From Marmoricola sp. (lineage in GTDB: Bacteria; Actinomycetota; Actinomycetes; Propionibacteriales; Nocardioidaceae), in assembly GCA_041618295.1 (NCBI GenBank), contig JBFJNH010000011.1, positions 2,317 through 66,316 of the forward strand: DNA of 64,000 nucleotides, read 5' to 3'. Each line of letters starts with the position of its first letter. Within the stretch, counting starts at the first letter, position 1. The position numbers and the translations under genes were made by a program. Under the pieces are notes generated by a model that did not search any database, was not told the origin of the DNA, and saw only the letters and a program-made list of their open reading frames with translations. Below are positions 39,315 through 48,098 of the stretch, piece after piece.

Positions 39315-40880
39315 GTGTCCGACAACCGCCCCCGCCGCACCTTCGCCGTCATCAGCCACCCCGACGCTGGCAAGTCCACGCTCACCGAGGCGCTGGCGCT
39401 GCACGCCCGGGTGATCACCGAGGCGGGCGCCGTCCACGGCAAGGGCGACCGCCGGGCCACCGTGTCGGACTGGATGGCGATGGAGAAGGCCCGCGGCATC
39501 TCGATCACCTCGGCGGCGCTGCAGTTCACCTACCGCGACCACGTGGTGAACCTGGTCGACACCCCCGGTCACAGCGACTTCTCCGAGGACACCTACCGGG
39601 TGCTCTCCGCGGTCGACTCGGCCGTGATGCTGGTCGACGCCGGTAAGGGCCTGGAGCCGCAGACCCTGAAGCTCTTCCGGGTCTGCGCTCTGCGCGGGAT
39701 CCCGGTGATCACAGTGATCAACAAGTGGGACCGGCCCGGTCTCTCGCCGCTGGCCCTGATGGACGAGATCGAGCAGCAGATCAAGCTGCGGCCCACGCCG
39801 CTGACCTGGCCCGTCGGTGAGGCCGGCGACTTCCGCGGGGTGCTGGACCGCCGTACGGGCGAGTTCGTGAAGTACACCCGGACCGCGGGCGGCGCCACCC
39901 GGGCCCCCGAGCGCCGGATGACGGCCGCCGAGGTCGAGGAGGTCGATGCCGCGGTCTGGGCCGACGCCCTGGACGAGCACGAGCTGCTGTCCCTCGACGA
40001 TGCCGACCACGACCAGGCACGGTTCCTCGCGGGCGAGACCACCCCGGTCATGTTCGCCTCGGCGCTGCAGAACTTCGGCGTCGCCCAGCTGCTCGACCTG
40101 CTGCTGGAGCTGGCCCCCGGCCCGAGCGCGACCGCGGGGGTCGACGGCTCGCTCCGCGAGGTCGACGACGCGTTCAGCGCGTTCGTGTTCAAGGTCCAGT
40201 CCGGGATGAACAGCTCCCACCGCGACCGGCTCGCGTACGCCCGGGTGGTCTCGGGCACCTTCGAGCGCGGGATGGTGGTGACGCACGCGTCGACCGGGCG
40301 GCCGTTCGCGACCAAGTTCGCCCAGTCGATGTTCGGTCGCGAGACCACCTCGGTCGAGGTCGCCTCGCCGGGCGACATCATCGGTCTCGTCAACGCCCAG
40401 GCCCTTCGCGTCGGCGACACGATCTACGAGGGCGACCGGATCGACTACCCGCCGGTGCCGAGCTTCGCGCCCGAGCACTTCATGACCGCCAGCGCGAAGG
40501 ACATCGGGCGGTTCAAGCAGTTCCGCAAGGGCATCGAGCAGCTCGACCAGGAGGGCGTCGTCCAGGTGCTGCGGTCCGACCTGCGCGGCGACCAGAGCCC
40601 CGTCCTCGCCGCGGTCGGTCCGCTGCAGTTCGAGGTGGTCGAGGAGCGGATGGCCAACGAGTTCAACTCCCCCATCCGTCTCTCCCGGCTCGACTACGGG
40701 GTGGCGCGCCGTACCGACGCCGCCGGCGCCCAGGTACTGAGCGGGGTCCGTGGCGCCGAGGTGCTGCAACGCACCGACGGGACCTACCTGGCCCTGTTCA
40801 TCGACAAGTGGCGGGCCAACAACGCCGCCCGGGAGAACCCGGACGTCCTGCTCGAGGAGCTCCCTGCCGGCGGGAGCTGA
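39315..40880 (+). CDS. prfC: Peptide chain release factor 3
   Basis: ISHPDAGKSTLTE, SDWMAMEKARGISI, DTPGHSDFSEDTYR, NKWD, GPLQFEV. Confidence 0.95.
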   Translation: MSDNRPRRTFAVISHPDAGKSTLTEALALHARVITEAGAVHGKGDRRATVSDWMAMEKARGISITSAALQFTYRDHVVNLVDTPGHSDFSEDTYRVLSAVDSAVMLVDAGKGLEPQTLKLFRVCALRGIPVITVINKWDRPGLSPLALMDEIEQQIKLRPTPLTWPVGEAGDFRGVLDRRTGEFVKYTRTAGGATRAPERRMTAAEVEEVDAAVWADALDEHELLSLDDADHDQARFLAGETTPVMFASALQNFGVAQLLDLLLELAPGPSATAGVDGSLREVDDAFSAFVFKVQSGMNSSHRDRLAYARVVSGTFERGMVVTHASTGRPFATKFAQSMFGRETTSVEVASPGDIIGLVNAQALRVGDTIYEGDRIDYPPVPSFAPEHFMTASAKDIGRFKQFRKGIEQLDQEGVVQVLRSDLRGDQSPVLAAVGPLQFEVVEERMANEFNSPIRLSRLDYGVARRTDAAGAQVLSGVRGAEVLQRTDGTYLALFIDKWRANNAARENPDVLLEELPAGGS

Positions 40881-41020
40881 TCCTCAGGAAGATCCGTGTA
40901 TCAGCCGGGGTAGCTCCGCCCTCATCAGATCTGTCACGACTTCGGGCGGCTCGGGCACCCGAAGCGGTGACGGGCGGGGCCGACCAGCCCCGCGTCAAGG
41001 ACCTGAACGCAGGGGGCTCC

Positions 41021-42415
41021 ATGAGCCAAGCAGATGTTCCCGCACACGAGCACCGGCTCTTCGGGCTGCGCTTCCAGCGACGCGAGACCGAGCTGCGGTA
41101 CCGGCGCTGGCGGGTCGACACCGCGATCCCCTTCGCGCGGATCGGGTACGTCGGCTCGATCCCGAGCTGGATGATGGTGCTGGTCGCGGTGCTGGTTCTG
41201 GAACCGGCCGCCGCCGACGGCGCGGCCGGCTGGATCATCGGGTGGATCGTGCTGCTCCTGGTCCTGACGGCGCTCACCGTCCCGGCAGCGCTCCGCCTGG
41301 CGGTGACGCCCCTGGCCGCCCTCGCCAACTGCGTCGCCGGGTTCCTGATCGTCCACCTGCTCGCCGACCTGCTCCTCACCGGCGAGCTGAGCCAGTCGCG
41401 GGCCGGGGTGATGACGGCCGGTCTGATCGTGGTGATGTTCTTCGGCTTCGCGGTCTTCCGCATTCCGCCCGGGATCGCGACGCTCGCCGCGACGCCGTAC
41501 ACCGTCTTCGGCACCTCTCAGCTCGTCGAGGCCTACCGCGCCGGTGAGCTCAACGCAGTCGAGACCGGGTCGCTGGGAGCGGCGCAGTGGATCGCGTTCC
41601 TGGGCTGCCTGCTGGTCTGCACCGTGATCGAGATCGTGGACCGGCGTGCTTTCGTCAAGGACCAGATCATCGACGAGCAGCAGGCCGAGCTGCGCAACAG
41701 CCGCGAGACGATCCGTCGCTACGTTCCCCGCCCCGTCTTCGAGCACATCGTGCACGGCGACATCGACGGGATCGACGCACCGACGCGCCGCCGGGTCACC
41801 GTCCTGTTCGCCGATCTCGTCGGGTTCACCGACCTGGCCGACCGGGTCGACCCCGAGGTGCTGACGCAGGTGGTCAACGACTACATGACCGCGATGAGCC
41901 AGCTCGTCGACGACCACGGCGGGATCGTGAACGAGTTCGCCGGGGACGGGTTGATGGCGCTCTTCGGCGCCCCTGACGAGATGGACGCCGACGAGCAGGC
42001 GGTCAACGCTGTGCGGGCAGCCCAGGCGATGCAGGCGCGGCTCCCGTCCCTCGACCTCTTCTGGCACCGGCTCGGCGTCACTGAGTCGATGCAGACGCGG
42101 ATCGGGATCGACGCCGGCATCCTGAGTGTGGGCAGCTTTGGTTCCGAGGGTCGGATGACCTACACGGCGATCGGGATGCACACCAACATCGCCGCCCGGC
42201 TCCAGGCCCACTGCGAACCCGGTCAGATCCTGATCAGCGACTCGGTCCGGTACCTGGTGAAGGACCGGATCGAGTGCGAGCCCCGTGGCGAGGTGCAGTG
42301 CAAGGGCGTCCACTACCCCGTCCGGGTCCACACCCCGACGAACAAAGCCCCGGCGTCAGGGCGGCCGGTCGTCGCCAACCACGCGAACGGCCACCTCCCG
42401 GCCGCTCAGGGGTGA
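41021..42415 (+). CDS. Membrane-bound class III nucleotidyl cyclase
   Basis: Several TM helices; LFADLVGFT, NEFAGDGLM, YTAIG..TNIAARL. Confidence 0.88.
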   Translation: MSQADVPAHEHRLFGLRFQRRETELRYRRWRVDTAIPFARIGYVGSIPSWMMVLVAVLVLEPAAADGAAGWIIGWIVLLLVLTALTVPAALRLAVTPLAALANCVAGFLIVHLLADLLLTGELSQSRAGVMTAGLIVVMFFGFAVFRIPPGIATLAATPYTVFGTSQLVEAYRAGELNAVETGSLGAAQWIAFLGCLLVCTVIEIVDRRAFVKDQIIDEQQAELRNSRETIRRYVPRPVFEHIVHGDIDGIDAPTRRRVTVLFADLVGFTDLADRVDPEVLTQVVNDYMTAMSQLVDDHGGIVNEFAGDGLMALFGAPDEMDADEQAVNAVRAAQAMQARLPSLDLFWHRLGVTESMQTRIGIDAGILSVGSFGSEGRMTYTAIGMHTNIAARLQAHCEPGQILISDSVRYLVKDRIECEPRGEVQCKGVHYPVRVHTPTNKAPASGRPVVANHANGHLPAAQG

Positions 42416-42443
42416 CCAGGGGGAGCTCGCAGGACGGGTGCCG

Positions 42444-42923
42444 TCAGTCCCGGCGCCCCTTCAGCCGCCGACTGACCGCGCGCTCGGCTTCCCGGGCCGC
42501 TTCCCGCTCGGCGAGGGTGTTCCGTTTGTCCCAGGTCTTCTTGCCGCGTGCCAGCGCGATCTCGACCTTCGCCCGTCCGTCCTTGAAGTAGAGCGTCACC
42601 GGCACGATCGTCAGACCGCTCTCCTTCACCTTCCGCTCGATCTTGTCGATCTGCGCGCGGTGCAGCAGCAACTTCCGCTTGCGGCGCGACCCCTCGTTCA
42701 CCCACCGGGACTGGGCGTACTGCGGGATGTGGACGCCGTGCAGCCAGATCTCCTGGTTCTCGACGTCGGCGAAACCCCCGACCAGCGACGCCCGGCCGGC
42801 GCGGAGCGCCTTCACCTCGTCGCCCAGCAGGACGATGCCCGCCTCCCACGACTCACCGAGGTGGTAGTCGTGCGCAGCCTTGCGGTTCCGCGCGATCACC
42901 GGGTCGGTCGACGGCTTCTTCAC
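42444..42923 (-). CDS. smpB: SsrA-binding protein (divergent, atypical context)
   Basis: [37 protein letters not shown]. Confidence 0.92.
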   Translation of the reverse strand: MKKPSTDPVIARNRKAAHDYHLGESWEAGIVLLGDEVKALRAGRASLVGGFADVENQEIWLHGVHIPQYAQSRWVNEGSRRKRKLLLHRAQIDKIERKVKESGLTIVPVTLYFKDGRAKVEIALARGKKTWDKRNTLAEREAAREAERAVSRRLKGRRD

Positions 42924-42966
42924 CCCGGCATCCTCCCAGGAGCCGGGCCGAACCCGCTGACCCGGC

Positions 42967-43149
42967 TCAGGCTGCCTTCGGGGTCCCCGTGGAGCGCGGC
43001 GTATCGGCGGAGTGCTCGATGCTGCGGTGCACCAGGGCGATGAAGGAGACCAGCAGCGAGACCACGACCACGATGATCGCGGTCAGGATCAGGACCCAGG
43101 TCAACGGGCTCATCGTGTCGGAGTAGACGCTGGCGTCGGTCGGGTTCAT
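42967..43149 (-). CDS. Small single-TM hypothetical protein (60 aa)
   Basis: GAGGGAG RBS, ATG at 43149, hydrophobic [23 protein letters not shown]. Confidence 0.55.
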   Translation of the reverse strand: MNPTDASVYSDTMSPLTWVLILTAIIVVVVSLLVSFIALVHRSIEHSADTPRSTGTPKAA

Positions 43150-43211
43150 CAGGACTCCCTCTCGTGCGGATCTTCTTCCCCCAGGCTGGCGCGACCACGG
43201 CGTACGGCGCA

Positions 43212-43298
43212 GGGGCGGAGGTCCCCGGGGTGCGGGCCCTTGGACCCGATCCAGCCCGGCCCGGGGCCAAAGACCCGGAAGAACCGGACCACCAGCCC
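43212..43298. promoter_or_regulatory. Four DosR-like boxes in a divergent promoter
   Basis: GGGGCGGAGGTCCC 43212, GGGCCCTTGGACCC 43234, GGGGCCAAAGACCC 43263, CGGACCACCAGCCC 43285. Confidence 0.6.
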
Positions 43299-43334
43299 TG
43301 AGGCGCCACGTCCTCACCGGCCAGGATGGAGCCC

Positions 43335-43919
43335 ATGGAACGGAACCGAATCGTCCAGGACCGCGCGCGCCCGACCGCGGCCCTCCCCCTTGTTCTCGCC
43401 CTCCTGCTGGCTCTCGCCGCAGCCTGCGGGAACGACCAGGACGGTGCTGCCCGCACCGAACCTGACGGGGTGACCACCTACGAGGTCGACGCGGGCATCC
43501 ACGTCACCACGCCGGTCGACTACCCGCAGACACCGCCGGTCGGCGGCGAGCACAACCCGGTCTGGCTGAACTGCGGGATCTACGACTCCCCGGTGCCGAA
43601 CGAGAACGTCGTGCACTCGCTGGAGCACGGTGCGGTCTGGGTCAGCTACGCCACCGACCTCGCCGACACCGAGGTGGCCAAGCTCCGGGCGTTGATGCCG
43701 TCGACGTACGGGATCCTCTCCCCGATGGCCGGACTCCCCGCCCCGGTCGTCGCGACCGCCTGGGGCAAGCAGCTCCTGCTGGACGACGCCGACGACCCCC
43801 GCCTGAAGCAGTTCATCGCGGTGTTCGCCAACAGCCCGCAGGCGCCTGAGGCCGGGGCCTCGTGCACCGGCGGCTCCGACGGGACCCTCCCCCTCGACGT
43901 CGCGGAGCTGATGGAATGA
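43335..43919 (+). CDS. DUF3105-type lipoprotein
   Basis: PPVGGEHNPVWLNCGIY, VHSLEHGAVW, ATAWG, PEAGASC; alternative ATG at 43326. Confidence 0.85.
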   Translation: MERNRIVQDRARPTAALPLVLALLLALAAACGNDQDGAARTEPDGVTTYEVDAGIHVTTPVDYPQTPPVGGEHNPVWLNCGIYDSPVPNENVVHSLEHGAVWVSYATDLADTEVAKLRALMPSTYGILSPMAGLPAPVVATAWGKQLLLDDADDPRLKQFIAVFANSPQAPEAGASCTGGSDGTLPLDVAELME

Positions 43920-44581
43920 GCGCCTCGAGCCCGCGCCGCGGACGGCTGCTCACCCTGCTCGTCGCGTGCGTCGTCGCGGCCGCGCTCGGAGTCGCCGCAG
44001 GTGCCCTCTGGAGGACCGACGCCAGGCCGGGCGACGACAGCGCGGAAGTCGGCTTCGCGCGGGACATGCAGGTCCACCACGCCCAGGCGGTCGAGATGGC
44101 GACCATCATCCGGGACCGCACCCGCGACCTGACGATCCGCTCCCTGGCCTACGACATCCTCACCAGCCAGCAGCAGCAGATCGGCCAGATGTACGCCTGG
44201 ATCCGGAGCTGGGGGCTTCCCCAGCTCTCCGGTCGCACCGCGATGGTGTGGATGGGCGAGATGGACCACGGCGCCATGGCCGGCACCGACGACGAGCACG
44301 CCCTGACGATGAGCCTGCTGCCGGACGGCCGGATGCCCGGGATGGCCAGCGCGGCGGACCTCGCCGAGCTCCGGACCGCGGAGGGCCGGGCCGCGGAGAT
44401 CCGGTTCCTCGAGCTGATGATCGTCCACCACCGCTCCGGCGTGATGATGGCGCAGGCCGCGTTGGACCTCTGCGAGGACGAGCAGGTGCTCGAGCTCGCC
44501 CGGTCGATGGCCGCAGCCCAGACCGCGGAGATCCGGACGATGACCGACCTGCTGGAGGAACGCGGCGCCGGGACGCCGTGA
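43916..44581 (+). CDS. DUF305 ferritin-like protein
   Basis: FARDMQVHHAQAVEMA, MPGMAS, FLELMIVHHRSG. Confidence 0.88.
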   Translation: MSASSPRRGRLLTLLVACVVAAALGVAAGALWRTDARPGDDSAEVGFARDMQVHHAQAVEMATIIRDRTRDLTIRSLAYDILTSQQQQIGQMYAWIRSWGLPQLSGRTAMVWMGEMDHGAMAGTDDEHALTMSLLPDGRMPGMASAADLAELRTAEGRAAEIRFLELMIVHHRSGVMMAQAALDLCEDEQVLELARSMAAAQTAEIRTMTDLLEERGAGTP

Positions 44582-44718
44582 CGCCCCGCATCACCTCCGC
44601 AGGGCCGGACCATTGCGAAACCCCGGCCGGAGGTCCAGGATCGAAAGATCCACCAGACGGTCCGGCGCCGTTCTCGGGTCCTGACGTCGCCCGCCTCCAT
44701 CCAGGGGAACGAGGAATC

Positions 44719-45075
44719 ATGACGACCGAGCAGCGCAACATCGAGAAGCCGAACGAGACCCGCCCGTTCAAGGCGCACGGACACATGGACGTCGTCACCC
44801 TCGGGGACTTCACCCTCGGACGAGGGACCTTCGAGCCCGGCTGGCGCTGGTCGGAGGACGTCAAGCCGATCGCCGGCACGGATTCCTGCCAGACCCGGCA
44901 CACCGGCTTCTGCCTGTCGGGAGTGATGGGCGTCCGAGCGGACGACGGCTCTGAGTTCACCCTGAGCGCCGGGGACGTGGTCGTGATCGAGCCGGGCCAC
45001 GATGCCTGGACGGTCGGCGACGAACCGTGCGTCTTCCTCGACACCGGCGTCGCGGCGTACGCCCTGCCGGGCTGA
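44719..45075 (+). CDS. Cupin-domain protein
   Basis: EPGWRWS, CQTRHTG, EPGHDAW; GAGGA RBS. Confidence 0.85.
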   Translation: MTTEQRNIEKPNETRPFKAHGHMDVVTLGDFTLGRGTFEPGWRWSEDVKPIAGTDSCQTRHTGFCLSGVMGVRADDGSEFTLSAGDVVVIEPGHDAWTVGDEPCVFLDTGVAAYALPG

Positions 45076-45120
45076 CGGACCGACCCACTCGCAGCACGCA
45101 CGGCGCCGTTCGGCCTTCGG

Positions 45121-45912
45121 TCAACGTCGCGGGGGCAGGTCCGAGACGCGCAAACCCCAACGCGGCGCCCGCCGTTCCCGCCACGCCGCGGGACCCTCGG
45201 CCGCGTCGGGGTGCCGCATCAGCAGGCGGTGGGCGTCGGTCTCCCGCTCGGCCACCTCCGCTGCGGCGAGGTCCGCCCGCAGGATCCGCTTGCTCAGTGC
45301 CAGTGCCGCCGGGCTGACGTTGCCCGCGACGTCCCGCGCGACCTCGAGCGCCGCGCCGAGGATCTGGTCCGCCGGGAGCACCCGGGAGACGATCCCCCAG
45401 GCGAGCGCCTCGGCCGGGGTGAACGTCCGCCCGGTGAGCAGCAGCTCCGCCGCCACCCCGCTCCCGGCGAGACGGGGCAAGGTGTGGTGGCTCCGGGCGT
45501 CGCCGATCATCCCGCGCCGCACCTGCGGGATCGCCAGCTTCGCCCCCTCCGCGACGAACCGGAGGTCGCACTGCAGGGCAAGGGTCAGCCCGATACCGAT
45601 GGCGTGCCCGTTCAGGGCCGCGATGACCAGGGTGGAGAGCTCACCCGGCGCGGGCCGGACCGGGGACGCGGAAAAGCTCTCGCCGGGATCGTCGAAGGAA
45701 CCCGACCCGGCAGCGAGATCGGCTCCCGCGCAGAACGACCGACCGGACCCGGTGATCACGATCGCCCGGACGTCGTCGTCGTGGTCGCAGCGGTCGAGCA
45801 CCTCGCCCAGGGCGGCCGCGGTACCGGCCGAGAAGAGGTTGAGGCCGTCGCCGCCGTCGAGGACGACGAGGGCGACGCCGCCCTCGACCGTCAGGGTCAC
45901 CTCGGTGGCCAT
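45121..45912 (-). CDS. Enoyl-CoA hydratase/isomerase family protein
   Basis: RSFCAGADL, ALNGHAIGIG, ELLLTGR, EGPAAWRERR. Confidence 0.88.
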   Translation of the reverse strand: MATEVTLTVEGGVALVVLDGGDGLNLFSAGTAAALGEVLDRCDHDDDVRAIVITGSGRSFCAGADLAAGSGSFDDPGESFSASPVRPAPGELSTLVIAALNGHAIGIGLTLALQCDLRFVAEGAKLAIPQVRRGMIGDARSHHTLPRLAGSGVAAELLLTGRTFTPAEALAWGIVSRVLPADQILGAALEVARDVAGNVSPAALALSKRILRADLAAAEVAERETDAHRLLMRHPDAAEGPAAWRERRAPRWGLRVSDLPPRR

Positions 45913-45968
45913 CGTGCTCCTCGGGGGTGTGCCGGGACCGACTGCGCGGCCGGTCGCTCACGCCGGTC

Positions 45969-46033
45969 ACCCTAGCGGCTGGCCACCGATATCTCACCGG
46001 GACGTTCGACTCCGGGCGAGGGCCCTTGGCCCC
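45969..46033 (-). promoter_or_regulatory. -10 TAGGGT plus two DosR-like boxes upstream of the enoyl-CoA hydratase
   Basis: GGGACGTTCGACTC 45999 and GGGCCCTTGGCCCC 46020; -10 at 45969-45974 (minus). Confidence 0.55.
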
Positions 46034-46296
46034 TTTGTCAACGGAGCCGGGCAGGCGTTGAATGGGGAACAGGAGACGATGGAAGGTCCAGTTCGAGGGA
46101 TGGAGCGGAGTCCGGGGTCCCGAGTCCCCGGCGCCCGCTCAGACTCACAGCCGTGTACGACGGCGACGGACCCCCATCGTCTCCGTTCGCGTTCACGTCC
46201 TCCTCGATCGGCGCATCCGACAACGTGCGCACCCCGGGACGCGCGGAACCGCCTGTCCGCCGGGAGGAGGACAGGCGGCCCGCTGCCTACCGACCG

Positions 46297-46887
46297 TCAC
46301 CGCAGGAGGGGAACCCTTGCGACCAGGTCGGATGCTGCCCACTGCTTGCCGAATCCCCAGACCGAGCCTGCGTTGGCGAGGGTCAGGGCGACCAGGCTGA
46401 TCGCACCGAGAATGTGGTCGTCGAGCACCGGGTTGTTGTCCGGCGGCAGTACGACGGTCCACATCATCAGGTAGAGAAGTGCTCCACCCATCCCGGCGAG
46501 GCGCATGCCGATGCCGAAGGTGAAGGCGACGCCGATCCCGAGCAGAGCGATCATGAACGCCCAGTCAGCCCAGGCATCGCCGGCGATCGAGTGGTAGAAG
46601 CTGTCGAACGGACCGTCGGCACCGAAGGTCAGGAAGCCCTTGGTCGGACTTCCGCCGTTGATCCAGGCGGCATCCCCGAACCGGTCGACCACGCCGGCCT
46701 GGTCCCGGCCGGTCGCGAACCCGAGCGCGAGGAGCTTGTCGAAGAACGCCCACAGAAAGGTGAGCCCGAAGCCGATCCGGAGCGCAGCGAGCGCCTTCGC
46801 CGCAACGCCCGGGATGCTCACGGGCTCGTCGTGCGTCGACCGCCACGACTCGGGGCGGTGCAAACGGTGTTCGTGTGTGGTGGTCAT
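46297..46887 (-). CDS. DoxX/DoxD-like membrane protein
   Basis: LRIGFGLTFLWAFFDKL, WINGGSPTKGFL, NPVLDDH; AAGGAGG RBS. Confidence 0.85.
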   Translation of the reverse strand: MTTTHEHRLHRPESWRSTHDEPVSIPGVAAKALAALRIGFGLTFLWAFFDKLLALGFATGRDQAGVVDRFGDAAWINGGSPTKGFLTFGADGPFDSFYHSIAGDAWADWAFMIALLGIGVAFTFGIGMRLAGMGGALLYLMMWTVVLPPDNNPVLDDHILGAISLVALTLANAGSVWGFGKQWAASDLVARVPLLR

Positions 46888-47026
46888 GGTGTTTCCTCCT
46901 TGGTTGCCTCCAGCCTCGCGGTCCGGGGTGGCGCTCCGGCAGGGTCGGCCGGTTCTGGTTTCCGGGCCTTTTGCACTGATCCTTCGGGACCATCGGGCGA
47001 ACTCGGCGTACGACATCCGGCCCGCC

Positions 47027-47446
47027 TCACCGCACGGAGACCGGTGCGGTGTCGCCGACGCGACGACCGGACAGCTCCCGGATGGTCAGGCGGAGGAACA
47101 GGTTGCGGAGACCGCCCGCCCAGGGCGTCGGCTCCCAGATCCGCCGGATGTGCTCGATCTGCCGGCTGTCGAGCACCGCCTCCGTCCGCCCGCGGGCCAG
47201 GACGCTCCACCCTTGCCGGGAGACCTCGTCGACGTGGTCGACCTCGAAGGCGATGACCGCGTCCCGCCCGTGGGTGGCCAGCAGCGTGAACGGGCTGGTC
47301 CGGAAGACGATCGCCTCGTCCACGAGCGCGTAATTGACCGGGATGATGTGGGGCCCGTCCGGCGCCACCACCGCCGCCCGGCCGACCTGACGCTCGACCA
47401 GGAGGGCCCGGCACTCGTGCTCGCTGAGATCGTGCAGCACACCCAT
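47027..47446 (-). CDS. Pyridoxamine 5'-phosphate oxidase-like protein
   Basis: ECRALL..VGRAA, PHIIPVNY, AFEVDH, GWSVLARG. Confidence 0.85.
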   Translation of the reverse strand: MGVLHDLSEHECRALLVERQVGRAAVVAPDGPHIIPVNYALVDEAIVFRTSPFTLLATHGRDAVIAFEVDHVDEVSRQGWSVLARGRTEAVLDSRQIEHIRRIWEPTPWAGGLRNLFLRLTIRELSGRRVGDTAPVSVR

Positions 47447-47599
47447 GGCGTCCCCCTGGTTCCCTCGCAGCCGGAGCATCCAGGGTGCGCCCGGAGCCGG
47501 CTCGAGATCAGGGCCGTTGGTCCTCGCCCGGACCGACGCTGGACCCTGGGAGCATCCCCGGGTCCGGGAGACGCTGGCCCAACGTGGAGAGGAGTGACC

Positions 47600-48094
47600 A
47601 TGACCAAGGAGCCCCGGAACCCAGGTGGGCCCGTCGTGATCGGTCTGGACGACAGCCCGGGCGGACGAGCGGCGCTGAGGTTCGCGCTCGAGGAGGGTGT
47701 CGCCCGCGGCGTCGCGGTCGAGGTCGTGACGACGTGGCTGCTCGACACGGTGATCCGGGACCGGATCACCGACCAGATGATCGAGGACGAGGGCAGGATC
47801 GTCGCGATGATGCAGGACCAGATCCTGGCAGAGGTCGCCCGCGACCTTCCGGCGATGCCTCAGGTGTCGCGCCTCGTCCTGCACGACGCTGGCGGTGCTC
47901 CGCTGGTCGAGACCGCGAAGAACGCCTGCATGCTCGTCGTCGGCAGCGGCCGCAAGGGCCCGCTGGCCCGCACGTTCCTCGGTTCGGTGAGCGAGTACTG
48001 CGTCCGGCACTCCCGGGTCCCGGTGGTCGTGGTCGCCGATCCGGCGCTGGTCCCCGAGAGCGCACACGACGCGACCTTGGCCAGCGTGCACTGA
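47600..48094 (+). CDS. Universal stress protein (single domain)
   Basis: VVIGLDDS, MLVVGSGRKG, LGSVSEYCVRHSRVPVVVV. Confidence 0.88.
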   Translation: MTKEPRNPGGPVVIGLDDSPGGRAALRFALEEGVARGVAVEVVTTWLLDTVIRDRITDQMIEDEGRIVAMMQDQILAEVARDLPAMPQVSRLVLHDAGGAPLVETAKNACMLVVGSGRKGPLARTFLGSVSEYCVRHSRVPVVVVADPALVPESAHDATLASVH

Positions 48095-48098
48095 GGAC

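Noticed and set aside
42416-43330. tmRNA near smpB
   Set aside because: No tRNA-like ends or tag reading frame found here or elsewhere in the window
45997-46020. GTTCGACTCC resembling a tRNA T-loop
   Set aside because: Flanks do not form a T-stem or acceptor stem; better explained as a DosR-like box
46038-46474. ORFs in the gap between the enoyl-CoA hydratase and DoxX (ATG 46079 plus; 46038-46232 minus)
   Set aside because: No family motif, poor RBS spacing, and the plus ORF runs antisense into DoxX
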